A DNA stretch of 64,000 nt, taken from positions 1-64,000 of IMG/VR virus record IMGVR_UViG_3300013936_000023; one strand, written 5' to 3'. The DNA is from a virus (taxonomy: Duplodnaviria > Caudoviricetes). Each line of letters starts with the position of its first letter. Within the stretch, counting starts at the first letter, position 1. A program made the position numbers and the translations under genes. The notes below the pieces were generated by a model that saw only the letters and a list, made by a program, of their open reading frames with translations, made no database searches and was not told where the DNA came from. Positions 1 through 9,744 of the stretch are shown here, one piece after another.

Positions 1-274
1 CCCGCCGCTTGACCTTGACCGCCGTGATATCAGCCGTGATTTGCTCCCAGTTGCCCGCGTTGACATTGCCATCAAAGTTGCAATCCATGATGGTATCAAA
101 GTCCCAATCCGTGGGCTTGGTGTGGTCGTAATCCATCGTGGTATTGCTGGTTACGTTGAAATGGTCAAAGATGCCATTGGCCAACTTGGTCGTCGTGATA
201 TTCCGAATCATCGTCGCCATAGGGTCAAGCGAGTTGATGTCCGAGCAGAAATTATAGCCTACAAAAGAAAGCAT
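1..274 (-). CDS. Phage tail/baseplate protein, partial (continues beyond window start)
   Basis: Not in ORF track. ATG at 274 overlaps the TGA of the upstream gene (ATGA) and reads MLSFVGYNFCSDINSLDPMATMIRNITTTKLANGIFDHFNVTS... open to position 1. Lies in the tail module. Confidence 0.7.
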   Translation of the reverse strand, partial: MLSFVGYNFCSDINSLDPMATMIRNITTTKLANGIFDHFNVTSNTTMDYDHTKPTDWDFDTIMDCNFDGNVNAGNWEQITADITAVKVKRR

Positions 275-1365
275 CAGGCGCTCACCCCCAAATTCTCCAT
301 GATGATATCGTAAAGGTCTCCATCCTGTCTCAGCCAAGCAAATACTTGGTCGTCATCGTCAGGCTTGGTAATTGTTGTAGATTTGATGACATATGCCCAC
401 GCAAAGTCAAGATTCTTGACCCGCAGCTCCCACCATGCCTTTGTTGCATCCTCGCGGTAGACAAGGCTTACGGTGTCGCCAGTCGTGTTGCTGAAGCGCA
501 GTACCTCGCCATCGGGAGTAAATGCTCGACCCCAAATGCGCGTGGTATAGCCATTTGTAATCTCATAGCCGTCATCCCACGTCACGCCATGCTCACGAGC
601 ATCAAGCGCTGTGTTATCATCGGTGTACACAGGCTCACCACCGCCATCAATCTTGCCAATGATTGCCACGACATTGCAATCAATCGTGATATACCCCTCT
701 TGACATTGGTTCGTCAAATAGATATAACTATACAAAGACGGCTGAGTATAAGTAGTCGTAAATCCAACCTTGCCAGTGGTAATCTGACGGCCACCAGTGG
801 TCACGCCAACAACCTCGACCATATACGCCGTCTTATCAACCAAGCCGCTGAACAAATAGCTCAGGTCAAGCGGCAAGGTCTTGCTTGAATTGTATTGAGC
901 GCCAGAGGTCGACAGCAATGTACCAGCCGCGTTATACAGGTTGAACACGAACTCGTTCAAATATTCATTGGCATTTGGCGTTACATTGTTGTATCGGACA
1001 GCAAAGGCATAGCTACTGTTGCCAACCTCGCCCTCATCAGCAATATTGGTAAAGGCAAAGCTGGGCTGAGCATAGCAATAGAACTGGACAGCATTGGACT
1101 CAGCCGATGTTTCACCAGCCGCGTTCTTGGTCTGGATGGTCGCCTGATAGTATGTGCCATTGGTCAGCGTACCAGCAGGGACAATATGCTCTAGCTTAAA
1201 CGTCGTGATGCTTGCTGTGTATACAACCTCAAGCGTCGCGTTGTTTTTAATGGTGATGGTGTTGCCCGTTACTTGGTCGCCACCACGAACCGCGAAGGTA
1301 AATGTTTGCGCATTGCTCGCATCAAAATATGGAACAGGAGCAAGCACAGGAGTTGTCAGAGCCAT
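274..1365 (-). CDS. Tail/baseplate-associated protein (beta-rich, FN3/Ig-like N-terminus)
   Basis: 363 aa, Thr/Asn-rich, with an FN3-like segment (GTLTNGTYYQATIQTKNAAGETSAESNAV). Position downstream of the tail fibre. Confidence 0.6.
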   Translation of the reverse strand: MALTTPVLAPVPYFDASNAQTFTFAVRGGDQVTGNTITIKNNATLEVVYTASITTFKLEHIVPAGTLTNGTYYQATIQTKNAAGETSAESNAVQFYCYAQPSFAFTNIADEGEVGNSSYAFAVRYNNVTPNANEYLNEFVFNLYNAAGTLLSTSGAQYNSSKTLPLDLSYLFSGLVDKTAYMVEVVGVTTGGRQITTGKVGFTTTYTQPSLYSYIYLTNQCQEGYITIDCNVVAIIGKIDGGGEPVYTDDNTALDAREHGVTWDDGYEITNGYTTRIWGRAFTPDGEVLRFSNTTGDTVSLVYREDATKAWWELRVKNLDFAWAYVIKSTTITKPDDDDQVFAWLRQDGDLYDIIMENLGVSA

Positions 1366-1381
1366 ATATTGATTGCTCCTT

Positions 1382-3361
1382 TCATGTTATGATTTGATAC
1401 CAGTAGTCACCAGCTTTGAGACCTGATGGCTGCGTGGGCGATAGGATTATTTGGACGCCGCCACCGCCAACATCAATCTCAACCGCGCCGGTCTGCCCAT
1501 TTACAGACGTAACAGGGTATGGAGGCGGATTGCTGGCAGAATATTGTTTTACATTGTCAACGTTACCAAGTCCTACATCGCCTTTAGCAAGCTCCACATC
1601 TCCGGTCTTGCCAGCCACACTTGTCACTGGATAAGGCGGTGGATTGCTCGCGCTATACTGCTTAACGTTGTCAACATTCGATAAACCAACGTCTCCCTTA
1701 GCCATCGTAATATTGATGGCTTTGTTGGCAGATGCATTTGCCGTGAATGTGCCCACAGCTGTGCCGTTCTTCTGGATGGTCAGCGTGGCATCATTGACCG
1801 TTGGCAACTGGCCAGCAACATAATCGGGAATTCCGCCAGCATCCTCAACAGCACCAGTCGGGTCATATGTCGCCTTGAGCATGTCGCCCGCGCCAGCGCC
1901 AGACAAGGCATCAGCCACAGCTTTCTCACTCGGCACCTTGGTCGTGCTTGTGCCAAGGGTTTGTGTCACGTCGCTGGTAGCCACAGCCCCAACATCAGAT
2001 GCACCAAGCACCACTGTTCCTGTCTTGCTGTTCACGCTAGTAACAGGTGCGCTCTCCAGCTTCTTATTAAGTTGCGTCTGGACATTGCTTGTCACGCCAT
2101 CCAGATAGCCAAGCTCTGTACTGGTTACATTGCTCACGGCTACCTTGCCATTACCATCAGATACAAGCGCACGATTTGCCGTGAGATTGTCATCGGTGAT
2201 AGTACTCGCGCCGCCAGTAATTGTATCCTGTTTAGATTGTAGCGCATTGGTCAACGTGGTCACATTGCCCTTGAGCGTCGTAATATCGCCTTGAGCTGCC
2301 TCCATATCAGAATCCAGCATAGCGATGTTGTCCTCGTTGGTATTGATTTGTTGCTTAGCCGCATCTGTGAAATCGTTGTGAGTGCGCACATAGGTCGTGC
2401 CATCTCCAACATCATCTTGCGTAAGTACAACTGCGCCAGTTTTGGTGTTGACAGATTGAACAGGGGCGACCGCAGATGCTCCAGCGGCATCAACAAATCC
2501 AGAATCGTTGTTAAGCTGGCTCGTCTTTGTTGGAACATCAGCCGTCTTAGCATACGGCTCAAGCGCGGCATCCGTAATAAAGCCCTCGTCATTATCAAGT
2601 TCACTGGTCTTAGAGGGGATGGTCGGCTTACCAGTCAAGTCATCATATGCGCCGCTGAACGAGCTTGTACCAGCCCCGATATTCGTGCGGGCTTGAGCTT
2701 TCTGCGCATCGGTTAAGCTCTGAGCCGTAGTCTTGACGGCATTGGTTGTCACAGCGCCAGTTTGACCATCCACGCTTTGAACAGGTGCGCCATCCGCCGT
2801 GATATAACCACTATCGTTAGTCAAGTCGCTGGTCGCCGTTGGAATCTTAGTCGTGCTCGGCAATGCCCCAACGTCCGATGCCGTAAGCGTGACATCTCCG
2901 GTCTTGCCATTGACACTGGTAACATCTCCTCCAACATCAATCGTCACATCGCCAGTTTGGCCATTGACGCTTGTGACAGGATATGGCGGCTCATTGCCTG
3001 TGCCATATACGCCAAGGTCAGAACTGGTTCTGTTGCCCGTCAGCGTTACATTATTGATGCTGGGCTTATTGGTCGGGTTGTTATAGTCAGCAGTTGTTGG
3101 CTTAGAGCCGCCAGAACCGCCACCAGTAATCATGAAGGCGTTCGACATATTGCCTTCAGGTACAAACACACGATATTGTTTGTTGGCCGTAGGTGCATCG
3201 CCATAGAATACAACCTTGGCCTCAACGCCATTCACAACCATCAGGGCGACATTGCTCGCAACTACACCTTTGCACGTGCTGTTGTAAATTTTCGTTGTAC
3301 TCTCTAACGCTCGGCCAATCAAAATTTGAATCGCGTCAAGAATTTCATTCCTTGCGTCCAC
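1382..3361 (-). CDS. Tail fibre-like protein with internal repeats
   Basis: 659 aa with repeated V(T/Q)SVNG(K/Q)TG(D/A)V and KTS(D/E/Q)LxNDSGF/Y motifs, a coiled coil and a duplicated 34-aa C-terminal module. Directly downstream of the tape measure gene. Confidence 0.7.
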   Translation of the reverse strand: MDARNEILDAIQILIGRALESTTKIYNSTCKGVVASNVALMVVNGVEAKVVFYGDAPTANKQYRVFVPEGNMSNAFMITGGGSGGSKPTTADYNNPTNKPSINNVTLTGNRTSSDLGVYGTGNEPPYPVTSVNGQTGDVTIDVGGDVTSVNGKTGDVTLTASDVGALPSTTKIPTATSDLTNDSGYITADGAPVQSVDGQTGAVTTNAVKTTAQSLTDAQKAQARTNIGAGTSSFSGAYDDLTGKPTIPSKTSELDNDEGFITDAALEPYAKTADVPTKTSQLNNDSGFVDAAGASAVAPVQSVNTKTGAVVLTQDDVGDGTTYVRTHNDFTDAAKQQINTNEDNIAMLDSDMEAAQGDITTLKGNVTTLTNALQSKQDTITGGASTITDDNLTANRALVSDGNGKVAVSNVTSTELGYLDGVTSNVQTQLNKKLESAPVTSVNSKTGTVVLGASDVGAVATSDVTQTLGTSTTKVPSEKAVADALSGAGAGDMLKATYDPTGAVEDAGGIPDYVAGQLPTVNDATLTIQKNGTAVGTFTANASANKAINITMAKGDVGLSNVDNVKQYSASNPPPYPVTSVAGKTGDVELAKGDVGLGNVDNVKQYSASNPPPYPVTSVNGQTGAVEIDVGGGGVQIILSPTQPSGLKAGDYWYQIIT

Positions 3362-3385
3362 GCCTTCACCTCGCTTTCTGTTTAG

Positions 3386-3419
3386 AAAAATGGCGGCTCA
3401 GTAAATACCAAGCCGCCAT
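3386..3419 (-). terminator. Rho-independent terminator after tape measure gene
   Basis: ATGGCGGCT/AGCCGCCAT 9-bp stem followed by TTTTT on the minus strand. Confidence 0.7.
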
Positions 3420-3423
3420 AATA

Positions 3424-6400
3424 TTAAGTTGTCGCATAACTTCTTTGCATCGCCATCTGCTTGAGGCCGTCAACAAACTGCTGGGCATTGCGCACGCTCG
3501 GCAGAGAAACATTGGCCACATTGAGGATGGTATTGCCAGCGCCAGATTTGCTTGCAAACCAACGCGGGTCAGAGCCAATCTTCATCAGGTTGCGCGTAAT
3601 GTCAGCAGGGATGATCCCGTCGCCTTGATTCAATACGCGCAACTCGGGGCCTTGTTCGCCAACCATGGCCAAGCCGCCACGAGCAGATAGCGTACCGCTG
3701 GCATAACCCATATCCGACAATTTCTTCCGCAGTTCCTCATTGCGCTCATGGAGACGCTTACGCTCTTCCTCATCGGCGTCGAACCATGCTTGAGAATTTC
3801 GCGCAATCTCATCCTCCATTCCCATGATTTTGGACTGGTCAGAATGACTAACGCTGCCGCTACTACTCGACGTGTTGTTGCGTCGAGACGAACTGGAAGA
3901 ACTGGAACTTGTCGAACCGGAATATCCAGATGTGTAGCCGTACTTGTTCTTCAGGCGATTCCACATATCTGCTGTGGATTCTCCCTGAATGCCAAGTGCT
4001 TGCATCTTAGCATTGCGCTGACCAATGACGCCCTTAATCCAGTCGTAGCCATAGCCTTTCTTGATTCCCTCTTCAAGAAGTTCACCATAGTCCGTATCTT
4101 TGTCCCAAAGCGGATTGTAAGCGTTGACAATGTCAGCCCAAGCCTCAGCGTCACTTGCATAGCCTTCGCCACTACCAGCCCATTCACCGGGTTGAACGCC
4201 AGAACCAGAACCATAGCCACCAGAACCACCGCCAAGACCAGCCAAGATGCTATTGTACTGGCTCGCAAAACTTTGGAGATTCGCCAAACGCGTCTGCCAG
4301 TTTGCGTTCTCTTGTTCAATGCCAAACATTTGGTCGGCGAGGAGCTTGTTCTGCTGATACTCATACTCGCTGGTCAGATTGCTCCAACCCTCTTTGTATT
4401 CCTCCCAGCGTGCCTTCTCCTCTTCAAGCGCCGCCGTTTCGTTCTTGCGCAGAGTCTCGATATATTCCTTCTCGGCCTTGAGCGAATCCTCAATGTACTT
4501 CTTGCGGTTCTCGTAATCCTTTTGGCGATAGTACGCATTCAGCTCATTTTGGGATTTACTTACAGCATCAGCATCGGCTTGATATACAAACTGGCCATCT
4601 TTGAATACCATCTGCATGGTATTCTTAGCCTTGTCCAGCGCATTGAGCTTTTCCTGTAAGGTAATCTGGTCTTCAACGGCGTCATTCTGAGCTTCCAGAG
4701 CATCAAGTTGCGCCTGAGCGCGGTCTTCCGCATCCTGAAGCATTTGGTCATACTTGTCGTTGATGGCGTCAATTTGGTCTTGCAGTTCCTCGATTTTACG
4801 AGAGGCATATTCGACGTAATAGTCAATGACGCCTTGCATCATCTGCTTCTGCTCGTTTAGAGCATCAGAGACGGAATCAGATACATTGTCAACCGAATCT
4901 TTGGCGGTTTTCTCAACCTCTTTGACAGCGTCCTTGGCTTCTTCCTTATTTTTCTGAGTTTGCTTAGAAGAGCTTGGCGATGTATATGTCGGGACACTTG
5001 TCCCGCCAGTTGGTGTGGTGGTAGAAGCAGACGGCTGATAGAACGACGTCAAGCTACCCCACAAGTTCTTCATATATGCCTGACTTGCTTGACGCATAGC
5101 CTCTTGACTGGTTAATTTCTTGCCAGCGTAATGTGCCTGTTGCATCAAGCCAGTAGCAGATGCTCGAATTTGATTCTGGGCGCTGGTGTCACTCATACCC
5201 ATGACAGCGGCGATAGCAGACGCGCTATATCCTGCCTGAGTCGCCAACTGCTGTAATGCGGCAATCTGCTGGCTGAAATTGAGTTGCTGATTATTGGTTG
5301 CAATCATTTGGGCCGCGAGATTATACATCTCGTTCTTGGCCGTGGTGGTTGTACTTGCTTGTTCAAGAAGTTTGTTGACGTAATTGCTGATATACGTCTG
5401 CGCCTCATTGTACGCAACTTGTGTGCTCTGGAACGTGTTGTACAGCAATTGTTGTTCATTGGTGCAACTTGCGACGCCGCCCTCGACATTCTCCATAGCA
5501 GACGTTAACCGCCCAGCCTCAGCCGTCAACTTATTGTACTCAACAACTTGCTCGCTGGTCAAGGATTTGTTTTGGCTTAGAATAGTCTGATATTTCTGGA
5601 GCTTTAACGTCAGTTGCTCATAATACTTTGCGCCCTCGATAAGCTCAGTAACAGGAACGGTCGTTTCCTTCCCGCCAATACGCTTAGTCGTATAGGTCGT
5701 TTCAGTAGTATAAGCGTTGTCAAGAATAGCTTGAGCCTTTTCGGTCTTGAGCTGCTGGTACTTGTCAATCTGATTCTGAAGCTCGGCGTTTTCCTTTTCA
5801 AGAGCGTCCTTCTCGGCAAGAATCTCCGGCGTCTTGTCATTCCAAGCTATACCGTTGATTTCTTCGAGACGAGCCCTATTCGTTTCAAGTTGCTGAGTAT
5901 CAGATTCAATAGACTCATTGAGTTCGTCAATGTTCTTACGACTGTCTTCGGTTGCCTTCCAGAAATAGCCACCAACAGCAAGAGCCGCAGCTACAGCAAG
6001 AATAACTGGAAGGATACCAGTAAGGACACCACCACCGGCGCTCAACGCCGCAAATAATCCAGACGCACCTTCTTTAGCAAGACTTGCCGCTGCTGCAAAA
6101 TTCTTGAATTGGCTAATAACGGAAGGGATAATCTTGGACGCCTGAAGCAATCCGGTTGCGCCCCAGCCAACACCAGTCAGTAACGTAATCTGCGTGACAA
6201 TGCGACCAAGGTCGGTATTGGCAAGCTGTAAGAATCCATTGGCTAAGTCCAACACAGCTCCAACCAATTTGTCGTCAATGACGTTATTGGCAAGGTCTTG
6301 GAATGTTGCCTTAAGGTTATTCGTCTTAGCCTCAAGCGATTCCATGTATGCCGCATTTTCGTTGATAGCTGAGCCATTGGCATCAAGCGCAAGAGTCAAG

Positions 6401-6673
6401 GCTTTCTCAACGCCCTCAAAGTTCGTGAGAGCTGCGGCGAGATTTGCAGATTGGTTAGCACCTGCTTGCTGATTCAGGTAGTAATCCTTCTCATTGGTCG
6501 TAAGCTCAGGCCAAATTTCTGCAACATCATGCAAGATATCGTAGAGCTTTCTGAGCTGACCCTCTTGGTCATAGATAGCAATATTGTGCTCTTCATACCA
6601 TGCCGTCAGAGCTTTGCCAGTAGAGGAGGATTCGTCGACGATTTGATTCAGACGAGATTGGATGGAAACAAGT
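3424..6673 (-). CDS. Tape measure protein, exon 3
   Basis: The frame of ORF 3424..6534 stays open upstream to 6673 (LVSIQSRLNQIVDESSSTGKALTAWYEEHNIAIYDQEGQLRKLYDILHDVAEIW), a typical TMP core. Long Ala/Leu/Gln-rich helical protein; predicted spliced product 1333 aa. Confidence 0.85.
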
Positions 6674-8229
6674 CATAGTTGTTTACTCAAGGTCGCTACC
6701 CTTGAGTGGAAAGGATGAACCCATCAATCTCATCTTTGTAATCTTCAGAATTTTCAATCTTCCAGAACGGTATTCTCAATAATGGAATGCCATGTGCTTT
6801 ACAATATCCCGTCTTCGCATCGTCATAAGCCACACGTTTTGCCAGATGTTCTTTGGCTTCAATCTTAGTCATGCCGCCCCATGGAATAGCTTTATAATGA
6901 CCGACGCCATCAACTTCTATACAAGCATTCAACTCAGGCAAATAAAAATCAAATGGTAAACAGCGACCAGTATAGCCAACGCAATCCGCAAACACTTTCT
7001 CTTTGATATATTCAACGCCAGACGCCACAAGATACAGCTCAACCAGTTTGGCGATATTCGATTGCTTCATACGGCATTCATTACACTTGAACTTTTTGTT
7101 GTGAATGAAATGCACTAAACTCGTCGTATATTCATTTCCGCAAGAACACCTGAATTTCATCATGGCTTTATCGCCAAGAAATCTTTGGTCTTCAACGACG
7201 CAGTCGCCGCCATTCAACTCAGCAAATCTTCGCATATTGTAGATAGTATATGGATTGTGGACATAGAATCGCTTAAAGCTACTACCGCGAGTCACAGCCG
7301 CCATAGACACGATGCCTCGATAACCTTCAGCGTCTTCGACCCCAACAGATGAATGGTATCGAATGCCGCTGTCACTCAAAATGTGTAACCCAACCTTAGC
7401 CATCATCTCTTCGTATATAACTCTATCATTCGGCTTTCGATGGGGATTATCCTGAGTTGAAGCCTTATAACAAGACGGACAAACCTTATTCTCGTCATGC
7501 TTAAAATCGAGAAATCTCTTCCAATAAGCCTTACCACAACACCCACACACAAACAACAGTTTGCTGTCTGAGTTAATATAATCTCCTTGACTTGACGCCA
7601 GCTTTGTTCCATTAGCCACAAATTTATCAACATAGTGTTGAATATTATACCAAGCCATAGGATTTTTAGAACTAAAGATATGTGGTGCAATCGCATCGTA
7701 TTTCGCTTTGTTCATCACGACTCGCAAAGACCTCATATGTCTATAACCGTCAGCGTCTTCGCATAGCATTTTTTCATCGACACTTCGATAGTCTTCGTCA
7801 AGCAAATTTAACCCAGCTTGCTCGAACATCTCTTTTACTTGTTCATAACTATATCTTTTCATAATTTCCTTTCCCTCACGCTTTCACGTGATGTTCAGAT
7901 TATTTCTTTATCTTCGATTAAGAAGATTCCACCATTTCAATTTAAGGGAATTTCACCCACCACCAAGCATTGTGGCCTTACTCCTGTTGCGGTTACGCCG
8001 CCAATGGGATAATCGTTTGACGCACCTCTATTCGAGGCTTTGCACCCAAGCATCCATTACTTTCAACACTTAGGCTTTTGGCCATATGCCATCTCTATCG
8101 TTTTTAATAGTTTCCCACATTCACGCTCGCCAGTCTTTCAAGGCCACGTTGTAGTGATAGAGCTTTAGGAGTTGCTGGGTTTAGATGGATACAAACAGAG
8201 CATATCACTATACTCTTAGGGACTTGTTT
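6674..8229 (-). mobile_element. Group I intron 2 in tape measure gene (1556 nt, endonuclease ORF in P9 region)
   Basis: P7 pairing GATTA/TAATC and terminal omega-G (AACTATG). The first 11 nt, AAACAAGTCCC, are the exact reverse complement of the ligated junction GGG|ACTTGTTT. Removal restores the frame (ARG-LVSIQ). P9 GNRA hairpin TCACG-TGAAAG-CGTGA. Confidence 0.85.
6696..7862 (-). CDS. Intron-encoded endonuclease, Vsr-like/EDxHD PD-(D/E)XK type with Zn-ribbon repeats
   Basis: C-terminal LPFDFYLPELNACIEVDGVGHY...YDDAK...IPLLRIPFW and repeated CxCG/CxxC modules. Confidence 0.75.
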   Translation of the reverse strand: MKRYSYEQVKEMFEQAGLNLLDEDYRSVDEKMLCEDADGYRHMRSLRVVMNKAKYDAIAPHIFSSKNPMAWYNIQHYVDKFVANGTKLASSQGDYINSDSKLLFVCGCCGKAYWKRFLDFKHDENKVCPSCYKASTQDNPHRKPNDRVIYEEMMAKVGLHILSDSGIRYHSSVGVEDAEGYRGIVSMAAVTRGSSFKRFYVHNPYTIYNMRRFAELNGGDCVVEDQRFLGDKAMMKFRCSCGNEYTTSLVHFIHNKKFKCNECRMKQSNIAKLVELYLVASGVEYIKEKVFADCVGYTGRCLPFDFYLPELNACIEVDGVGHYKAIPWGGMTKIEAKEHLAKRVAYDDAKTGYCKAHGIPLLRIPFWKIENSEDYKDEIDGFILSTQG

Positions 8230-8597
8230 CCCCGTGCCGCCTTAGTGCCAGAACGGGTAATTTCAACGATGCCCGTCATTAACGCCAAGGACTCTTCATA
8301 CGTGTTGTTACCAGTAGCCAACGCCGCAGACGCTTTACCAATATTTGTTGCGAGGTCAGCAGACGATACGGCCATGTTGTTCGAGACGTTGTTGACCGCA
8401 TCAATGATATGCTCGCTATCATCTGCGGTCAAATTGAACGCCTTCATCTGGCTGATGATAAAGTTGGATGCTTCACCAGCCGAAATTTGCTCATCAGCGA
8501 TATTCTGATAGAGCGAGGCCACCTTAGCAAGTTGAGCCGAATCAGCTTCACTGTAACCCGACTTCTTAAACTCGGTGGCCGCTTCAACCATTTCTGA
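8230..8597 (-). CDS. Tape measure protein, exon 2
   Basis: SEMVEAATEFKKSGYSEADSAQLAKVASLYQNIAD...IIDAVNNVSNNMAVSSADLATNIGKA, the conserved TMP domain. Confidence 0.85.
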
Positions 8598-8616
8598 CGT
8601 GGTTGTTTAGTCTTGA

Positions 8617-8949
8617 TTATTTTTTCTCTGGGTCATAGACACCATAGTCATTGTCGTATTTGTCTTGCGCTTTGACTTCGTTAATCATCTTTTGCCGCTC
8701 GTCGGGGTCATCCATGCGTTGCTGAGAGCCAATCATCAAGGCGTTGAGAATAGTCCCGACGAACGTCCAGATGCCAATGGCAACACAAAGATGGTCAGTA
8801 GTCGCGCCAAGATACATGCACAGCGTGAACCAGATGATGTTAAAGATAAAAACACCACCGGCTTTGCCATGTCCGCGCATACAAGCCCCAGCAATACCCT
8901 TGCAGATGCAATAGATGATGCCGACCCACATTCCAATTACTAATACCAT
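8617..8949 (-). CDS. Small membrane protein (about 3 TM helices plus charged tail) inside intron 1
   Basis: 110 aa with three hydrophobic segments and an acidic/charged C-terminus. GGAGG RBS and its own promoter. Confidence 0.8.
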   Translation of the reverse strand: MVLVIGMWVGIIYCICKGIAGACMRGHGKAGGVFIFNIIWFTLCMYLGATTDHLCVAIGIWTFVGTILNALMIGSQQRMDDPDERQKMINEVKAQDKYDNDYGVYDPEKK

Positions 8950-8980
8950 AATTTAACCTCCAATATTTTTTGATGGTTAA

Positions 8981-9009
8981 AATATAACATAGAAGAAAAT
9001 ATTTGTCAA
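8981..9009 (-). promoter_or_regulatory. SigmaA-type promoter inside intron 1
   Basis: TTGACA-17 bp-TATATT with extended -10 TG. Confidence 0.75.
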
Positions 9010-9344
9010 GACTAAATTTCCGAGGGTTTTCAATCCTCGCCTGAGTACTTCTTCGGCCTATAAATTTGGAGGCTCGCCCTGTATACTCGATTGACACACC
9101 GCTCATCACGGCTTCGCGCCCAAGCTGCCCTTTTGTCACGGATAGTATATAATATTCGTGACATAGCGATTGGGTCTTTCAACCATACGCCATCCTTGCC
9201 GTTTTATCGGTTTCCCACATTCACGCTCAAGCTTATCTCATCCTCACGTTGTAGTGGCAAGGCTCTTCAGGCTTTCAAGGGTTTAGGGGCTGTTCTCAGT
9301 GCTGGTTTACCATCCCATCACTCCGGCTCAGACCGATTTGGTTT

Positions 9345-9728
9345 GCCGGTACGCGCTACGGTTTTGCCCATCTCAGATAGGTTCTGGACATAGCTCTCCA
9401 GTCCGCTTCCGCGCAAATCCGAAACTTTCTTAAATTCCGTCATCGCGCCATTCAACGTGTATACTTGCTCAACCATGCTGGAAATTGCGTCAACAGAACG
9501 ACGGAATACCTCGTTCATCGCATTGAATGTCGCCTCAACATCGCCAGCATCTTTATTGACTTGCTGTGTTGCACCAGACATATCATTTAACTCAGCCGTG
9601 ACCGAGCGAATGCCCTTGCCGTCAACCTTGAACGTGACCCTCTTGGCGGCATTGTTGAGTTGCGACTGAATATTGTTTAAGTCAAGTACAACTTTCGCAA
9701 GAATACTATAATCATTGTTAGAAGCCAT
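9345..9728 (-). CDS. Tape measure protein, exon 1
   Basis: 128 codons (MASNNDYSILAKVVLD...MTEFKKVSDLRGSGLESYVQNLSEMGKTVARTG), a TMP N-terminus. Confidence 0.85.
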
Positions 9729-9744
9729 ATCTCACACCCTTTCA

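Larger units (their letters stand above)
8598..9344 (-). mobile_element. Group I intron 1 in tape measure gene (747 nt, non-nuclease cargo ORF)
   Basis: P7 GAGTA/TACTC and omega-G (AACCACG). Guide TCTGAGCCGG (9332-9323) is complementary to the ligated junction CCGGC|TCAGA. In-frame join VARTG-SEMVE. Shares ACTACAACGTG and GAGCGTGAATGTGGGAAAC blocks with intron 2. Confidence 0.85.

Noticed and set aside
1-3361. Diversity-generating retroelement acting on tail genes
   Set aside because: No reverse transcriptase and no template/variable repeat pair differing only at adenines are visible in the window.
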